A stretch of DNA of 64,000 nucleotides from Alphaproteobacteria bacterium (GTDB lineage: Bacteria; Pseudomonadota; Alphaproteobacteria; UBA828): NCBI GenBank assembly GCA_963422645.2, contig CAXXVO010000011.1:116600-180599 (forward strand), read 5' to 3'. Made by a program: the position numbers and the translations under genes. Below are positions 53,738 to 64,000 of the stretch, in pieces; position 1 is the first letter of the stretch, and each line of letters begins with the position of its first letter. Under the pieces are notes generated by a model. It did no database searches. It was not told the origin of the DNA and was given only the letters and a program-made list of their open reading frames with translations.

Positions 53738-54376
53738 CTATCCCCCGTGGCGGGCGGACCAGCCTTCGGGGTCGGCGAGGAAGGCCCGGACCTCGCTGAG
53801 TCCCTTCTCGTCGATACGGCCGCGGCTAAGCGCCACCGCGAGCAGCGTTTCGAGATTGCAGATGGCGGTGAGCGCGAGGCCGGCCTCTTTCAGCGCCCGT
53901 TGCGCCGATCCGCCCGCGCGCGAGAACAGCACGCTCACGCCGTCCACCTCCGCGCCCGCGTCGCGCAGCGCGCGCGCGAAGGCGAGGATGCTACCGGCGG
54001 TCGAGATCAGGTCCTCGATCAAGTGGACGCGCTCGCCGGCGACGCTTCCGCCCTCGATGCGGCCTGCGGTGCCGTGTCCCTTGGCCTCGGTCCGGACGTA
54101 GACCATGGGCAGCGCCAGCCGGTCGGCGACGAGGGTGGCGAAGGGAACGCCGGCGGTGACGCCGCCGGCGACGACCGTGGTGGCGGGCTGCGGCACGGTG
54201 GCCGCCAACGCCGCCGCCGACTGCGCGCGTGCCTCGGGCCGCGAGAGGATCAGCCGGCAATTCACGTAGAAGGGTGCCAAGAGCCCCGAGGTGAGGCGGA
54301 AGGGCGCCTCGGGTCGCACCAGGAAGGCGCCGGTATCGAGCAGAACCGCCGCGATCTCTTCCGCCGCCTGGCTCAT
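53738..54376 (-). CDS. pyrE: Orotate phosphoribosyltransferase
   Basis: FRLTSGLLAPFYVNCR...VHLIEDLISTAGS (PRPP-binding motif). Confidence 0.85.
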   Translation of the reverse strand: MSQAAEEIAAVLLDTGAFLVRPEAPFRLTSGLLAPFYVNCRLILSRPEARAQSAAALAATVPQPATTVVAGGVTAGVPFATLVADRLALPMVYVRTEAKGHGTAGRIEGGSVAGERVHLIEDLISTAGSILAFARALRDAGAEVDGVSVLFSRAGGSAQRALKEAGLALTAICNLETLLAVALSRGRIDEKGLSEVRAFLADPEGWSARHGG

Positions 54377-54450
54377 CCCTGCCCCCTGCTCTCCCGCTCT
54401 GCGGTCGTCCCGCGCCCGGTGCGAGGGTAGACTATTCGGCCCGGGACAGG

Positions 54451-55182
54451 ATGCTCATGCCGAACGTTGCTCTCTATTGCGCCCTGGATGCGCGGGACAG
54501 GCCTGCGGTCGAGCGGCTGGCGCATCTGCTTGCGCCGGCGGTGGGCGGCCTCAAGCTCGGACTCGAGTATTTCTGCGCGAACGGACCGGAGGGTGTAAGC
54601 GCGGTGCGCGCCGCCGGCCGGCCGCTCTTCCTCGACCTCAAGCTCCACGACATCCCGAACACCGTCGCGGGCGCCGTGCGCAGCGTGGTCGCGCTGGAAC
54701 CGCACTATCTCACCATCCACGCCGGCGGCGGCGTCGCCATGATGCGGGCGGCGCGCGAGGCCGCGGAGGAGGAAGCTGCGCGCCGGGGCGTCGCCCCGCC
54801 CAACCTGCTTGGCGTGACCGTGCTGACCAGCCTCGACGCCGAGGCGTTGGCGCGCCAGGGCATCGCGGCCTCCGCTCACGATCAGGTGCTGCGCCTTGCG
54901 ACGCTGGCCCACGAATCCGGGTTGGCCGGCGTTGTCGCGAGCCCGCACGAGGTGGCGACTCTGCGCGCGGCGCACGGCCCGGACTTCGATATCGTGGTCC
55001 CGGGCATTCGCCCGGCATCCGGCGCCGGCAGCGGCAAGGGCGATCAAGCGCGGGTGGCGACGCCGGCCGATGCGGCGCGCGGCGGCGCGACGGCGCTGGT
55101 CGTCGGCCGCCCGATCACGCAGGCGCCCGATCCACTTGAAGCCGCGCGGGCCATCGTGGAGGAGATCGCGGTTGTATCGTGA
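54451..55182 (+). CDS. pyrF: Orotidine-5'-phosphate decarboxylase
   Basis: Motifs: LYCALDARD...GLKLGLEYF...LFLDLKLHDIPNTV. Confidence 0.85.
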   Translation: MLMPNVALYCALDARDRPAVERLAHLLAPAVGGLKLGLEYFCANGPEGVSAVRAAGRPLFLDLKLHDIPNTVAGAVRSVVALEPHYLTIHAGGGVAMMRAAREAAEEEAARRGVAPPNLLGVTVLTSLDAEALARQGIAASAHDQVLRLATLAHESGLAGVVASPHEVATLRAAHGPDFDIVVPGIRPASGAGSGKGDQARVATPADAARGGATALVVGRPITQAPDPLEAARAIVEEIAVVS

Positions 55183-56204
55183 CCGCGTGCAGTTGGCGCG
55201 CGGTGGTCGGCGCCCACCGCGTCGCTTAGCGAGGCAAAACCGTCGGCCGCGAGCAGCCGCGCGAGCCCTTGCGTGATTTCGCCGACGAGACGCGGCCCCC
55301 GATAGACCAGCGCGGTGTAGAGCTGGATCAGGCTCGCGCCCGCGCGGATGCGGGCGTAGGCCGCCTCCGCTGAATCGATCCCGCCCACGCCGACCAGCGG
55401 CAGGCGGCCATCGCTCAAGGCATAGGCGCGCCGTACAACTTCAAGCGCACGCGGCGCCAGCGGCGGGCCGCTGAGGCCGCCCTCCTCCCCCCGCTGGCGT
55501 GAGACCAGGCCGGGCGGGCGCGCGGTCGTGGTGTTGGTGAGGATCAGGCCGGCGATGGGCGCGCCCTCGATGGCCTCGAGCAGCGCCGTCAGGGGCTCGT
55601 CGTCGATCTCCGGCGCGAGCTTGAGCAGGATGGGGGGCGGTTCGTCGAGGCGGGCATGGGCATCCGCCAGCGCCGCCAGCAGGCGGTGGAGCGCGTCGCC
55701 CACCTGCCACGCCCGCAGCCCCGGCGTGTTGGGCGAGGAGACGTTCACCGCCACGTAGTCGGCCAAAGGGGCCACGCGCGCGAGGCCGGCGGCGTAGTCG
55801 CGCGCGGGATCGGTGCTCTCCTTGTTCACACCGATATTGATGCCAAGCGGGCGCTGAGACTCGCCGTGAGTGCGGCGCCATCGGTCCAGCCGTGCGGCGG
55901 CGATATCGAGGCCGGCGCTGTTGAAGCCCATCCGGTTGATTAGTGCGCGCTCGCGCCTCAGGCGGAAGAGTCTGGGAGGGGGATTGCCCGGTTGCGGCCT
56001 GGGCGTGACCGTGCCGACCTCGCCAAAGCCGAGGCCAAGCTTCGCCGCCGCGTCGGGGCATCGAGCATCTTTGTCGAAGCCGGCGGCGAGCCCCACTGGC
56101 GTTGGGAAGCGCAGACCCCAAAGCGAAACTGCGAGCGCAGAAGCGGGCGGCGTTGTCGGCAGCCGGCCAAGCCTGAGCAAAGCAAGCGCGGAGCGTGCCG
56201 CCAT
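55044..56204 (-). CDS. pyrD: Dihydroorotate dehydrogenase (quinone), class 2
   Basis: Motifs: FPTPVGLAAGFDKDA...GFGEVGTVTPRPQPGNPPPRLFRL...INRMGFNSAG...NVSSPNTPGLR. Both ends are unusual (see findings). Confidence 0.8.
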   Translation of the reverse strand: MAARSALALLRLGRLPTTPPASALAVSLWGLRFPTPVGLAAGFDKDARCPDAAAKLGLGFGEVGTVTPRPQPGNPPPRLFRLRRERALINRMGFNSAGLDIAAARLDRWRRTHGESQRPLGINIGVNKESTDPARDYAAGLARVAPLADYVAVNVSSPNTPGLRAWQVGDALHRLLAALADAHARLDEPPPILLKLAPEIDDEPLTALLEAIEGAPIAGLILTNTTTARPPGLVSRQRGEEGGLSGPPLAPRALEVVRRAYALSDGRLPLVGVGGIDSAEAAYARIRAGASLIQLYTALVYRGPRLVGEITQGLARLLAADGFASLSDAVGADHRAPTARGHDTTAISSTMARAASSGSGACVIGRPTTSAVAPPRAASAGVATRA

Positions 56205-56489
56205 CTCTGGCGGTAGAAGCCTGATAACAGCGGTGGCGAAGTCGGCGTAGGAGATGCTGGCCCCCCACTGAGGGTGCGGCGAAATCCTATCTGAGTGGGT
56301 TACGTCTCGCCAGCCGCAGACTCCCTCGTGACAGCAGCCACCGGCACCTCAGCCCGAAGATCGATATGAACACTCTCGACGCGTCGTCCAACGCACTATC
56401 ATGAGTCAATTCTGACTCAGCGCACAACTATATGAAATGACACACAAAATAGTCCTATTAGGATACGGATAAACTCTGCACGCCTGCAT

Positions 56490-57791
<1,302 letters not shown>

Positions 57792-57806
57792 GCGCGGCTC
57801 TCCGGG

Positions 57807-58769
57807 TCAGAACACCGGCGCCGGGCCGAGATTGCGGCTCAGCGCGTCGAGGCAGCCCTGGCGCACGGCAACGCCGAGCTCGACCTGGTCCAAGATGGCG
57901 CTCCGCGTGATGTCGTCGGCGACTTCGCTGTCGATCTCGACGCCCCGGTTCATGGGCCCGGGATGGAGGATCAGCGCGTTCTCGTGCGCCTCGGCGAGCT
58001 TGGCGCGGTCGAGGCCGTAGAAGCGGAAGTACTCGCGGACGGAGGGCACGAAGGTGCCCTGCATGCGCTCCTGCTGCAGGCGCAGCATCATGATGACGTC
58101 GCAGCCCGCGAGCCCCGCACGCATGTCGTGGAAGACTTCCACGCCCATGCGCTCGATCGCCGCCGGCACCAGGGTCGGCGGCGCGATGATGCGGACGCTG
58201 GCGCCCATGGTGTTGAGCAGCAGGATGTTGGAGCGGGCGACCCGGCTGTGCATCACGTCACCGCAGATGGCGACCCGGAGCCCCTCGATCCGGCCGAAGC
58301 GGCGGCTGATGGTGAGCGCGTCCAGCAGCGCCTGCGTGGGATGCTCGTGGCTGCCATCGCCGGCGTTGATCACCCCGCACTCGACGTGATTGGCGAGCAG
58401 CCGGGCGGCGCCGGCATCCGGATGGCGCATCACCAGCATGTCCGGGTGCATGGCGTTCAGCGTCATCGCCGTGTCGATGAGCGTCTCGCCCTTCTTGATC
58501 GCCGAGCTCGCCACCGCGATGTTGATGACGTCGGCGCCGAGCCGCTTGCCCGCAAGCTCGAACGAGGTGCGGGTGCGGGTCGAGGTCTCGAAGAAGAGCA
58601 GCACAACCGTGCGCCCGCCGAGCAGGCTCTTGCGCTTCTGCACCTCGCGGTTGAGCGCCACGTAGCCGTCAGAGAGATCGAGCAGGTGAGTGATCGCGCC
58701 GGCCGAAAGCCCTTCGATCCCCAGCAGATGCCGGTCGCCGAAGATCGATGGCAGGAGCGCAGGCTGCAT
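57807..58769 (-). CDS. pyrB: Aspartate carbamoyltransferase catalytic subunit
   Basis: Motifs: [23 protein letters not shown]...HPTQALLD...[11 protein letters not shown]. Confidence 0.9.
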   Translation of the reverse strand: MQPALLPSIFGDRHLLGIEGLSAGAITHLLDLSDGYVALNREVQKRKSLLGGRTVVLLFFETSTRTRTSFELAGKRLGADVINIAVASSAIKKGETLIDTAMTLNAMHPDMLVMRHPDAGAARLLANHVECGVINAGDGSHEHPTQALLDALTISRRFGRIEGLRVAICGDVMHSRVARSNILLLNTMGASVRIIAPPTLVPAAIERMGVEVFHDMRAGLAGCDVIMMLRLQQERMQGTFVPSVREYFRFYGLDRAKLAEAHENALILHPGPMNRGVEIDSEVADDITRSAILDQVELGVAVRQGCLDALSRNLGPAPVF

Positions 58770-58922
58770 CGCTACCTGTTGTAGGCGCGCCCGCGTCGAT
58801 ATGCAAGGTCTAGTGGTCTCTAAACTGTAACGTTAATCGGGGAAGGGCATCTCGAAGTGGCTGTCCACCGTGGTGTAGTCGGCGTAGCCGAGACACGCGT
58901 TCTCGCGGAACGCCGGCCGGAG

Positions 58923-59378
58923 CTAGGCCTTGGGCCTCTGGATGAACTCGACCGTGATGCCGTCGGGATCGCGGGTGTAGACCACGAGGCCACCCTTGTT
59001 GGGCCCGGCGTTGACAACGATGGGGTCGCCCAGAGGCTCGGAGCCCGCGGCGCGGGCAGCCGCGATCGCTTCGTGAATGTCGTCCACGTCGAAGGCGATG
59101 TGGGCGAAGCCCGCGTCGCAGGGGCGCGACTCGACCCGGCCGCGGTCGGCAGGGCCGCGATACTCGATCAGCTCCAGGCGATGGCCCGGTGCCTGCAGGT
59201 AGGCGACCTCGATGTCCGCGCCGTCGACGCCCACCACCTGCTCGATGAACGTGGGATCGCGCGGCGAGCGATTCAGCAGCGTGAAGCCGAGCGCGCCCTG
59301 GAACAGGCCGATCGCGCGGTCCAGGCTGGAGACCGTGAAGCTGGTGTGGTTGGTCGCCGTGATCGTGAACCCTGCCAT
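58923..59378 (-). CDS. VOC / glyoxalase-family protein
   Basis: MAGFTITATNHTSFTVSSLDRAIGLFQGALGF...FAHIAFDVDD...DPDGITVEF. GGGAGGAG lies upstream of the ATG at 59378. The longer track ORF is rejected. Confidence 0.8.
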   Translation of the reverse strand: MAGFTITATNHTSFTVSSLDRAIGLFQGALGFTLLNRSPRDPTFIEQVVGVDGADIEVAYLQAPGHRLELIEYRGPADRGRVESRPCDAGFAHIAFDVDDIHEAIAAARAAGSEPLGDPIVVNAGPNKGGLVVYTRDPDGITVEFIQRPKA

Positions 59379-59594
59379 CGTCGCTGCTCCTCCCAGTGGC
59401 CGCGGCTGCGCGCGGGCCGAGCCTATCACACGAAGGGGCGCCGGGCCGGCTTGCGAAGTGCCTCCAGATTGACAAGCTCTCGCTGGTACCACAGATGACT
59501 CTGGTGGAGCGATCCCGATGCATGTCCATCGACGGGAAACCGTCTCGGTAGTATCGTGGAGCGGTGGTTCGGTTGCCAAATACGGAGAGGAACC

Positions 59595-60086
59595 ATGATC
59601 TCCGACCAGACGAGAGGCGCGATCTGGCAGGGCCTACTCGATATGGCGCGGTGGTCCAGGTACTACGACGCCACGGCGAGACGCTATCAACTATACCGCA
59701 ACTTCTTGAGATTTCTCCTGGCCTTCCTGGGAATCGCCACAGGAGTCACTCTAATCGACCAAATTCCGGCTGGTTTCGCGGCATATCCGGGGATCGCGAT
59801 ACTTGCCGTCACAATCTGGGATCTGGTGGTCGATCCGGGAAAGAAGGCCGCGATGCTGGGATCCGTTAGCAAGGATTTCACCGAGCTTGAAACAGAGTAT
59901 CGCAGTCTCTGGGAGAGCGTCTACGCAGATCGAATCGCGGAGGATGAGGCCGTGAATCGGTCTGAAAACATCATGCGGCGCGCCACCGCAGCCGCCAACC
60001 GACTGGATATCCACACCAATAACAGAACCAACGAGCGTTGCGCAGAAGCCGCGTACGAGGCCGAGGCGAATCGATATGCCGCCTAG
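59595..60086 (+). CDS. Two-transmembrane protein with SLATT-like organisation (163 aa), lower-GC singleton
   Basis: GGAGAGG lies upstream of the ATG at 59595. An N-terminal helix (WQGLLDMARWSRYYDATARRYQLY) is followed by two hydrophobic helices (FLRFLLAFLGIATGVTLI and YPGIAILAVTIWDLVV) and a helical tail (FTELETEYRSLWES). The SLATT assignment is tentative. Confidence 0.55.
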   Translation: MISDQTRGAIWQGLLDMARWSRYYDATARRYQLYRNFLRFLLAFLGIATGVTLIDQIPAGFAAYPGIAILAVTIWDLVVDPGKKAAMLGSVSKDFTELETEYRSLWESVYADRIAEDEAVNRSENIMRRATAAANRLDIHTNNRTNERCAEAAYEAEANRYAA

Positions 60087-60459
60087 GTCGGGACCAGATG
60101 AGCAATTTGGACCGCCGCCGAGACCACCCAAGCCACAGCCCCCTCCTCCACCTCCGCGCCCGAAGCCCTAATCCCGGCGGGCACGTTTGTGCGAAGGCCG
60201 AGACGCGGGAGACAGCGGCGTTGCGCACGCTGCTATTGCGTCGCCGCGAGGGCGCGTTCGTCGGCGCACAGGGGATGGACGACCGGCGGGCGGGAATGAT
60301 CACCGACAAACGGCGCACGCATAGATTCTCGTCTTGAGTTCTCGGTCAAGGTCGATCGGGCAGGATCACGTACGACACATGATGACGCGGCTACTCGAAA
60401 ACGATAGCCCGTGATCGATCCAGGAGCGCGTTGAAGATTCCGGCAAAGAGCGCCGGCGT

Positions 60460-62928
60460 TCACTCCGCCGCCGGTGCGCCGGCGTCGAGCCCGGGCCGGA
60501 CCAGATCGCTCGCCGCCGCGCGCCGCTCGTAGCGCCGGGCCGGTGCGTTCACGACCGGGGCGAGCGGCGCCGCATCTTGGGCTGCCTCGCGGCGTGCGGA
60601 CGGTGCCCGTTCATAGAGCGTCGTCCGCTGTACCGGCGTGCGTCCCATGCGCTCGACCAGCGCCTCGATCTCCTCCGGCGGGAACTCCTGCCCGTGGCTT
60701 GCGCCGGCGGCGCGGGTGATCGATTCGTTCATCAGTGTGCCGCCGATATCGTTGGCGCCGGCGCGGAGGCAGGCGGCGGCGCCCTCCCGCCCCATCTTGA
60801 CCCACGAGGTCTGGATGTTGGGGATGACCGGGTGCAGCGCGAGCCGCGCCACCGCGTGCGTGAGCACCGCCTCACGCCAGGTCGGCCCCCGCCTCGCGCG
60901 CCCCTTGAGGTAGAGCGGCGCCTCCATCGCGACGAAGGGGAGCGGCACGAACTCGGTGAAGCCTCCGGTGCGCTCCTGCAGGGCGCGGACGCGCGCGAGA
61001 TGCCGCGCCCAGTGACGCGGCTCGTCCACGTGGCCGAACATGATCGTGGCGGTGCTGCGCAGCCCCAGCGCGTGCGCGGCCTCCATCACCGAGAGCCACT
61101 GGTCGGTCACGATCTTGTCGGGGCAGATGACGGCACGGACCTCATCGTCGAGGATTTCGGCGGCGGTGCCGGGGAGCGAACCCAATCCCGCCTCCTGCAG
61201 CTCGGCGAGGAAGTCGGGCACGGTGCGGCCGAGGGTCGCGGCGCCTTGCCAGATCTCCAACGGCGAGAAGGCATGGACGTGGATCGCAGGCTCGACCGCC
61301 TTGATGGCGCGGCAGATCGCGAGATAGGTCTCGCCGGTGTAGTCGGGATGGATGCCGCCCTGGAGGCAGACCTCTGTCGCGCCCCGTGACCAGGCCTCCT
61401 GCACGCGGCGCACGATCTCGTCGGTCGTCAGATCGTAGGGCCGGCCGCGCAGGTTCTCGCTCAGCTTGCCCTTGGAGAAGGCGCAGAACTGGCAGCGGAA
61501 GTAGCAAACGTTGGTGTAGTTGATGTTGCGGTTCACCACGTAGCTGACCTGCGGCCCGCTGACGCTCGCGCGCAGCTCGTCGGCGGCGGCGCAGACCGCG
61601 TCGAACGCACTGCCGCGCGCTCCGAATAGCCGCACCAGGTCGTTCTCGCCGAGCTCCTCGCCAGCCTCGGCCCGAACCAGGAGGCGCTCGATGTCAGGCG
61701 CCACGACCGCCGGGGTGGGTGCGCGATCCTCTGGTGGCGGCTGGCCCGCGCCCGTGACCCACGCATCGGTGCGGGGATAGCCCTCGGAATCGACCAGCTT
61801 GAGCACGCGCGTCTGCAGCGCCGGATCGAGCCAGCGCTCGCCTGCAAGGGCGTAGGACGGATAGATCGTGAGCCGCTCGGCCAGCGTCTTGCCGGCGGCG
61901 GCGGTCTCGCGCGCGAGCGCATCGAGATGCGGCCAGGGCGCCTCGGGATTGACGTAGTCCTGCGTCACCGGCGAGACGCCGCCCCAGTCGTTGATCCCGG
62001 CAGCGACCAGTTGCGGCAGCGCGCCGGGGCTCAGGTTGGGCGGCGCCTGGATGTTCGCTTCCGGCCCGAAGAGGATGCGGGCTGTCGCGATGGTCCAGAG
62101 CAGCTCGTCGAGGCTGGGTTCCGGTGCCTCGGACATCCGCGTCCCCGGCTTGGCCCGGAAATTCTGGACAATGATCTCCTGGATTTGCCCGTGGGCGTCG
62201 TGGGCATCGCGCAGAGCGACCAGGGCCTCGATCCGCTCCTCGCGCGTCTCGCCGATGCCGATGAGGATGCCTGAGGTGAAGGGCACCGCCTCCTCACCGG
62301 CGAGGCGGAGTGTTTCCAGCCGCGCGGCCGGGCGCTTGTCGGGCGAGCCGTAGTGCGGCCCACCCTTGTCGGAGAGGCGCTCGGACGCGCTCTCCAGCAT
62401 CATGCCTTGCGATGCCGAGACCTCCCGCAGCGCGCGAAAATCGTCCCGGCCCAGCACGCCCGGATTAAGATGGGGGAGCAGCGTTGTCTCCTCCAACACC
62501 AGCTTCGCCATCGCCGCGAGGTAGGCGAGCGTGCTTTCGTAGCCGAGCGCTTCCAGTCCCTCCCGCGCCGCGCGGTATCGCAGCTCCGGCTTGTCGCCGA
62601 GGGTGAAGAGCGCCTCCTTGCAGCCGGCGGCGGCACCTGCCTCCGCCACTTGCAGCACCTCGTCTGGCATCAAGAAGGCAGTCTCGCCCCGGCGCGGCGG
62701 CCGGGCGAAGGTGCAGTAGTGGCAGACGTCGCGGCAGAGATGGGTGAGCGGGATGAAGACCTTGCGCGAGTAGGTCACGACGTCGGGATGCGCCCGGTCG
62801 CGGAGCGCGGCCGCGCAGTCGAGCAGCGGCGTGAGTTCGTTCTCCGCGGCGAGTGCAAGGGCCTCGGCCGCCTCGGGGCGGCGGCCGTTCCGCACCGCCT
62901 CGAGCAGATCGCGGGTTGCGTCCTGCAT
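60460..62928 (-). CDS. fbiC: Bifunctional FO synthase (7,8-didemethyl-8-hydroxy-5-deazariboflavin synthase, CofG+CofH fusion)
   Basis: Two radical-SAM CxxxCxxC motifs, CRDVCHYCTF (CofG half) and CYFRCQFCAF (CofH half). The ATG at 62928 (MQDATRDLLEAV) lies 5 nt after the cofC stop. Confidence 0.85.
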   Translation of the reverse strand: MQDATRDLLEAVRNGRRPEAAEALALAAENELTPLLDCAAALRDRAHPDVVTYSRKVFIPLTHLCRDVCHYCTFARPPRRGETAFLMPDEVLQVAEAGAAAGCKEALFTLGDKPELRYRAAREGLEALGYESTLAYLAAMAKLVLEETTLLPHLNPGVLGRDDFRALREVSASQGMMLESASERLSDKGGPHYGSPDKRPAARLETLRLAGEEAVPFTSGILIGIGETREERIEALVALRDAHDAHGQIQEIIVQNFRAKPGTRMSEAPEPSLDELLWTIATARILFGPEANIQAPPNLSPGALPQLVAAGINDWGGVSPVTQDYVNPEAPWPHLDALARETAAAGKTLAERLTIYPSYALAGERWLDPALQTRVLKLVDSEGYPRTDAWVTGAGQPPPEDRAPTPAVVAPDIERLLVRAEAGEELGENDLVRLFGARGSAFDAVCAAADELRASVSGPQVSYVVNRNINYTNVCYFRCQFCAFSKGKLSENLRGRPYDLTTDEIVRRVQEAWSRGATEVCLQGGIHPDYTGETYLAICRAIKAVEPAIHVHAFSPLEIWQGAATLGRTVPDFLAELQEAGLGSLPGTAAEILDDEVRAVICPDKIVTDQWLSVMEAAHALGLRSTATIMFGHVDEPRHWARHLARVRALQERTGGFTEFVPLPFVAMEAPLYLKGRARRGPTWREAVLTHAVARLALHPVIPNIQTSWVKMGREGAAACLRAGANDIGGTLMNESITRAAGASHGQEFPPEEIEALVERMGRTPVQRTTLYERAPSARREAAQDAAPLAPVVNAPARRYERRAAASDLVRPGLDAGAPAAE

Positions 62929-62933
62929 CCGCC

Positions 62934-63662
62934 TCAGGCCGCGTCGGTTACCAGGAGGCGTTCGGCGATGCCGCTCTCGCGCAGATAGTCGAGGGTACGG
63001 CCCGGCACCGGCCGCGCGGCGAAGGCGCGGAGGTCGTCGGGCGTGTCGATGTCCAGGCCAAGGCCCGGCAGCGGGAGGATCCGGGGCGCGATGCCTTGCG
63101 CCCGTGCCGCCGCGCAATGCGGCCCGAAGCTGTCGTGGCCGAAGTGGAAGGGCAGCACGGCGGGTGGCGAACAGAGCACGCAGTTGGTGCCACGCCGGTC
63201 ATGCGCCGGCACCAGAGTGACGGCCGGCCGGCCGGCGCCCGTTCCCTCGTGCGCTGCCAGTACCGCCTCGATCTCGTCTGCGCTGGCGCCCGGTACGTCG
63301 CCCGGCACCTGGAGCAGGCTGTCGGCCCCTTCGCGGCTGAGCGCCGCGGCCGCTCTCTCCACCGCTGCGCTCTGGCCGTCGTTGGAGGGCTCGGTGAGCA
63401 GCCGCGCGCCGTGGCGTTCGGCGAGCGCCGCTGCCCTCTCGTCCCGCGTCACCACCACGATGTCCGACAATCCCGGCACGCGCGCGAGGGTCTCCAGCAC
63501 GTCTTCCGCCATGGCGAGGGCGAGACGCTGGCGCTCGGCCGCAGTGAGGAAACCCGCCAGCCGCTGCTTGGCGTCGCCCCTGTCCTTGACCGGAAGGACC
63601 GCCCCGATCGTCACATCGCCATCCCTTGGGCTATCCCCAGGGCCCTCCCCCGGCGCCGGCAA
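62934..63662 (-). CDS. cofC: 2-phospho-L-lactate (or related) guanylyltransferase CofC/FbiD
   Basis: IGAVLPVKDRGDAKQRLAGFLTAAERQRLALAMAEDVL...GRGTN-like RRGTNCV. The start is uncertain (63662 or GTG 63614). Confidence 0.75.
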   Translation of the reverse strand: MPAPGEGPGDSPRDGDVTIGAVLPVKDRGDAKQRLAGFLTAAERQRLALAMAEDVLETLARVPGLSDIVVVTRDERAAALAERHGARLLTEPSNDGQSAAVERAAAALSREGADSLLQVPGDVPGASADEIEAVLAAHEGTGAGRPAVTLVPAHDRRGTNCVLCSPPAVLPFHFGHDSFGPHCAAARAQGIAPRILPLPGLGLDIDTPDDLRAFAARPVPGRTLDYLRESGIAERLLVTDAA

Positions 63663-63743
63663 GCCGCGTGCCGGATCGCGACGCTAGGAAAAAGGCCGAA
63701 ACCTGTCAAACCACACGCGCCGCGCGGCCGGGGCAAAATGCGC

Positions 63744-64000
63744 TCAGGCCATGGTTCTGCGAACTGCGGCCTCCACGTCCTCGACCTTCGGCATGTAGAG
63801 GTCCTCGAGCTCGGGCGCGAAGGGAACCGGGCAGTGCGGCGCCGTCACCTTCTCGATCGCGGCCTTCAGCGACTTGAACGCCTTCTGCGCCACGATGGAG
63901 GAGATGTCTGCCGCCATGGAGCAGCGCGGGTGGCTCTCGTCCACGACGACGAGACGGCCGGTCGCCTCGACCTCTTCGATGATGGTCTCCTCGTCCAGCG
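63744..64000 (-). CDS. C-terminal end of a 2-oxoacid (pyruvate/acetoin) dehydrogenase E1 beta subunit (partial; continues past the window end)
   Basis: ...GRLVVVDESHPRCSMAADISSIVAQKAFKSLKAAIEKVTAPHCPVPFAPELEDLYMPKVEDVEAAVRRTMA is typical of the transketolase C-terminal domain of E1-beta. Confidence 0.7.
   Translation of the reverse strand, partial: LDEETIIEEVEATGRLVVVDESHPRCSMAADISSIVAQKAFKSLKAAIEKVTAPHCPVPFAPELEDLYMPKVEDVEAAVRRTMA

Noticed and set aside
56401-56420. Palindrome TGAGTCA-attc-TGACTCA in the pyrD-pyrC spacer as a regulatory operator.
   Set aside because: It is a single short 7-bp-arm palindrome with no second copy and no recognisable binding-site family. It is recorded but not callable from sequence alone.

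Overview
This 64-kb window comes from a high-GC chromosome that looks alphaproteobacterial, judged only from gene content and codon style. No searches or computations were run. All family names come from motifs read in the translations and recalled from memory. Most real genes lie on the minus strand, and the many long opposite-strand ORFs are GC-driven shadows.

Core content, in order:
- A betaine-type ABC uptake operon ending in a DUF1989::GcvT fusion (0.05-6.6 kb).
- A DUF427 / MaoC / nitroreductase / TolC / rhodanese / Pcm block (28.5-32.4 kb).
- An orphan ABC ATPase with all catalytic motifs degenerate, then Zn-ADH, VOC, PriA, Fsa/transaldolase and XerC (32.6-40.2 kb).
- A Prx5-like peroxiredoxin.
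- A hydantoinase / racemase / MFS cluster (46-52 kb).
- An FMN alpha-hydroxy-acid dehydrogenase carrying an in-frame SDHAF4/DUF1674 tail.
- Five clustered pyrimidine genes, pyrE-pyrF-pyrD-pyrC-pyrB (53.7-58.8 kb).
- F420 genes fbiC and cofC (60.5-63.7 kb).

Accessory content is a mosaic island of about 20.7 kb (7.1-27.8 kb). It sits between a 3'-truncated response-regulator gene and a 3'-truncated HisD/HpsN-like gene. It holds an IS1634-family IS, IS66 end fragments, an intact IS256 with a 9-bp target duplication, relaxase/Toprim/integrase pseudogenes and a RelE/HigB-HTH toxin-antitoxin pair.

The main finding is an AT-richer, tightly packed minus-strand operon in this island (9.6-20.1 kb). 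Its genes are an RHH protein, a DUF499 (BrxC-like) P-loop ATPase, a DUF3780-like protein, a DUF1156 DPPY methyltransferase and a PLD-nuclease::SNF2 helicase, plus a trailing orphan 179-aa ORF. It is a restriction-modification-like anti-phage candidate that does not fit type I-IV RM, BREX or DISARM.

Other notable items:
- An IS66-family element with an 8-bp TSD carries a Dam-like methyltransferase instead of tnpA/tnpB and supplies a new stop codon to the peroxiredoxin gene.
- An IS4 element with a 9-bp TSD splits the upstream partner of a frameshifted PIN gene.
- A lower-GC gene encodes a SLATT-like 2-TM protein.

No rRNA, tRNA or CRISPR array was seen.
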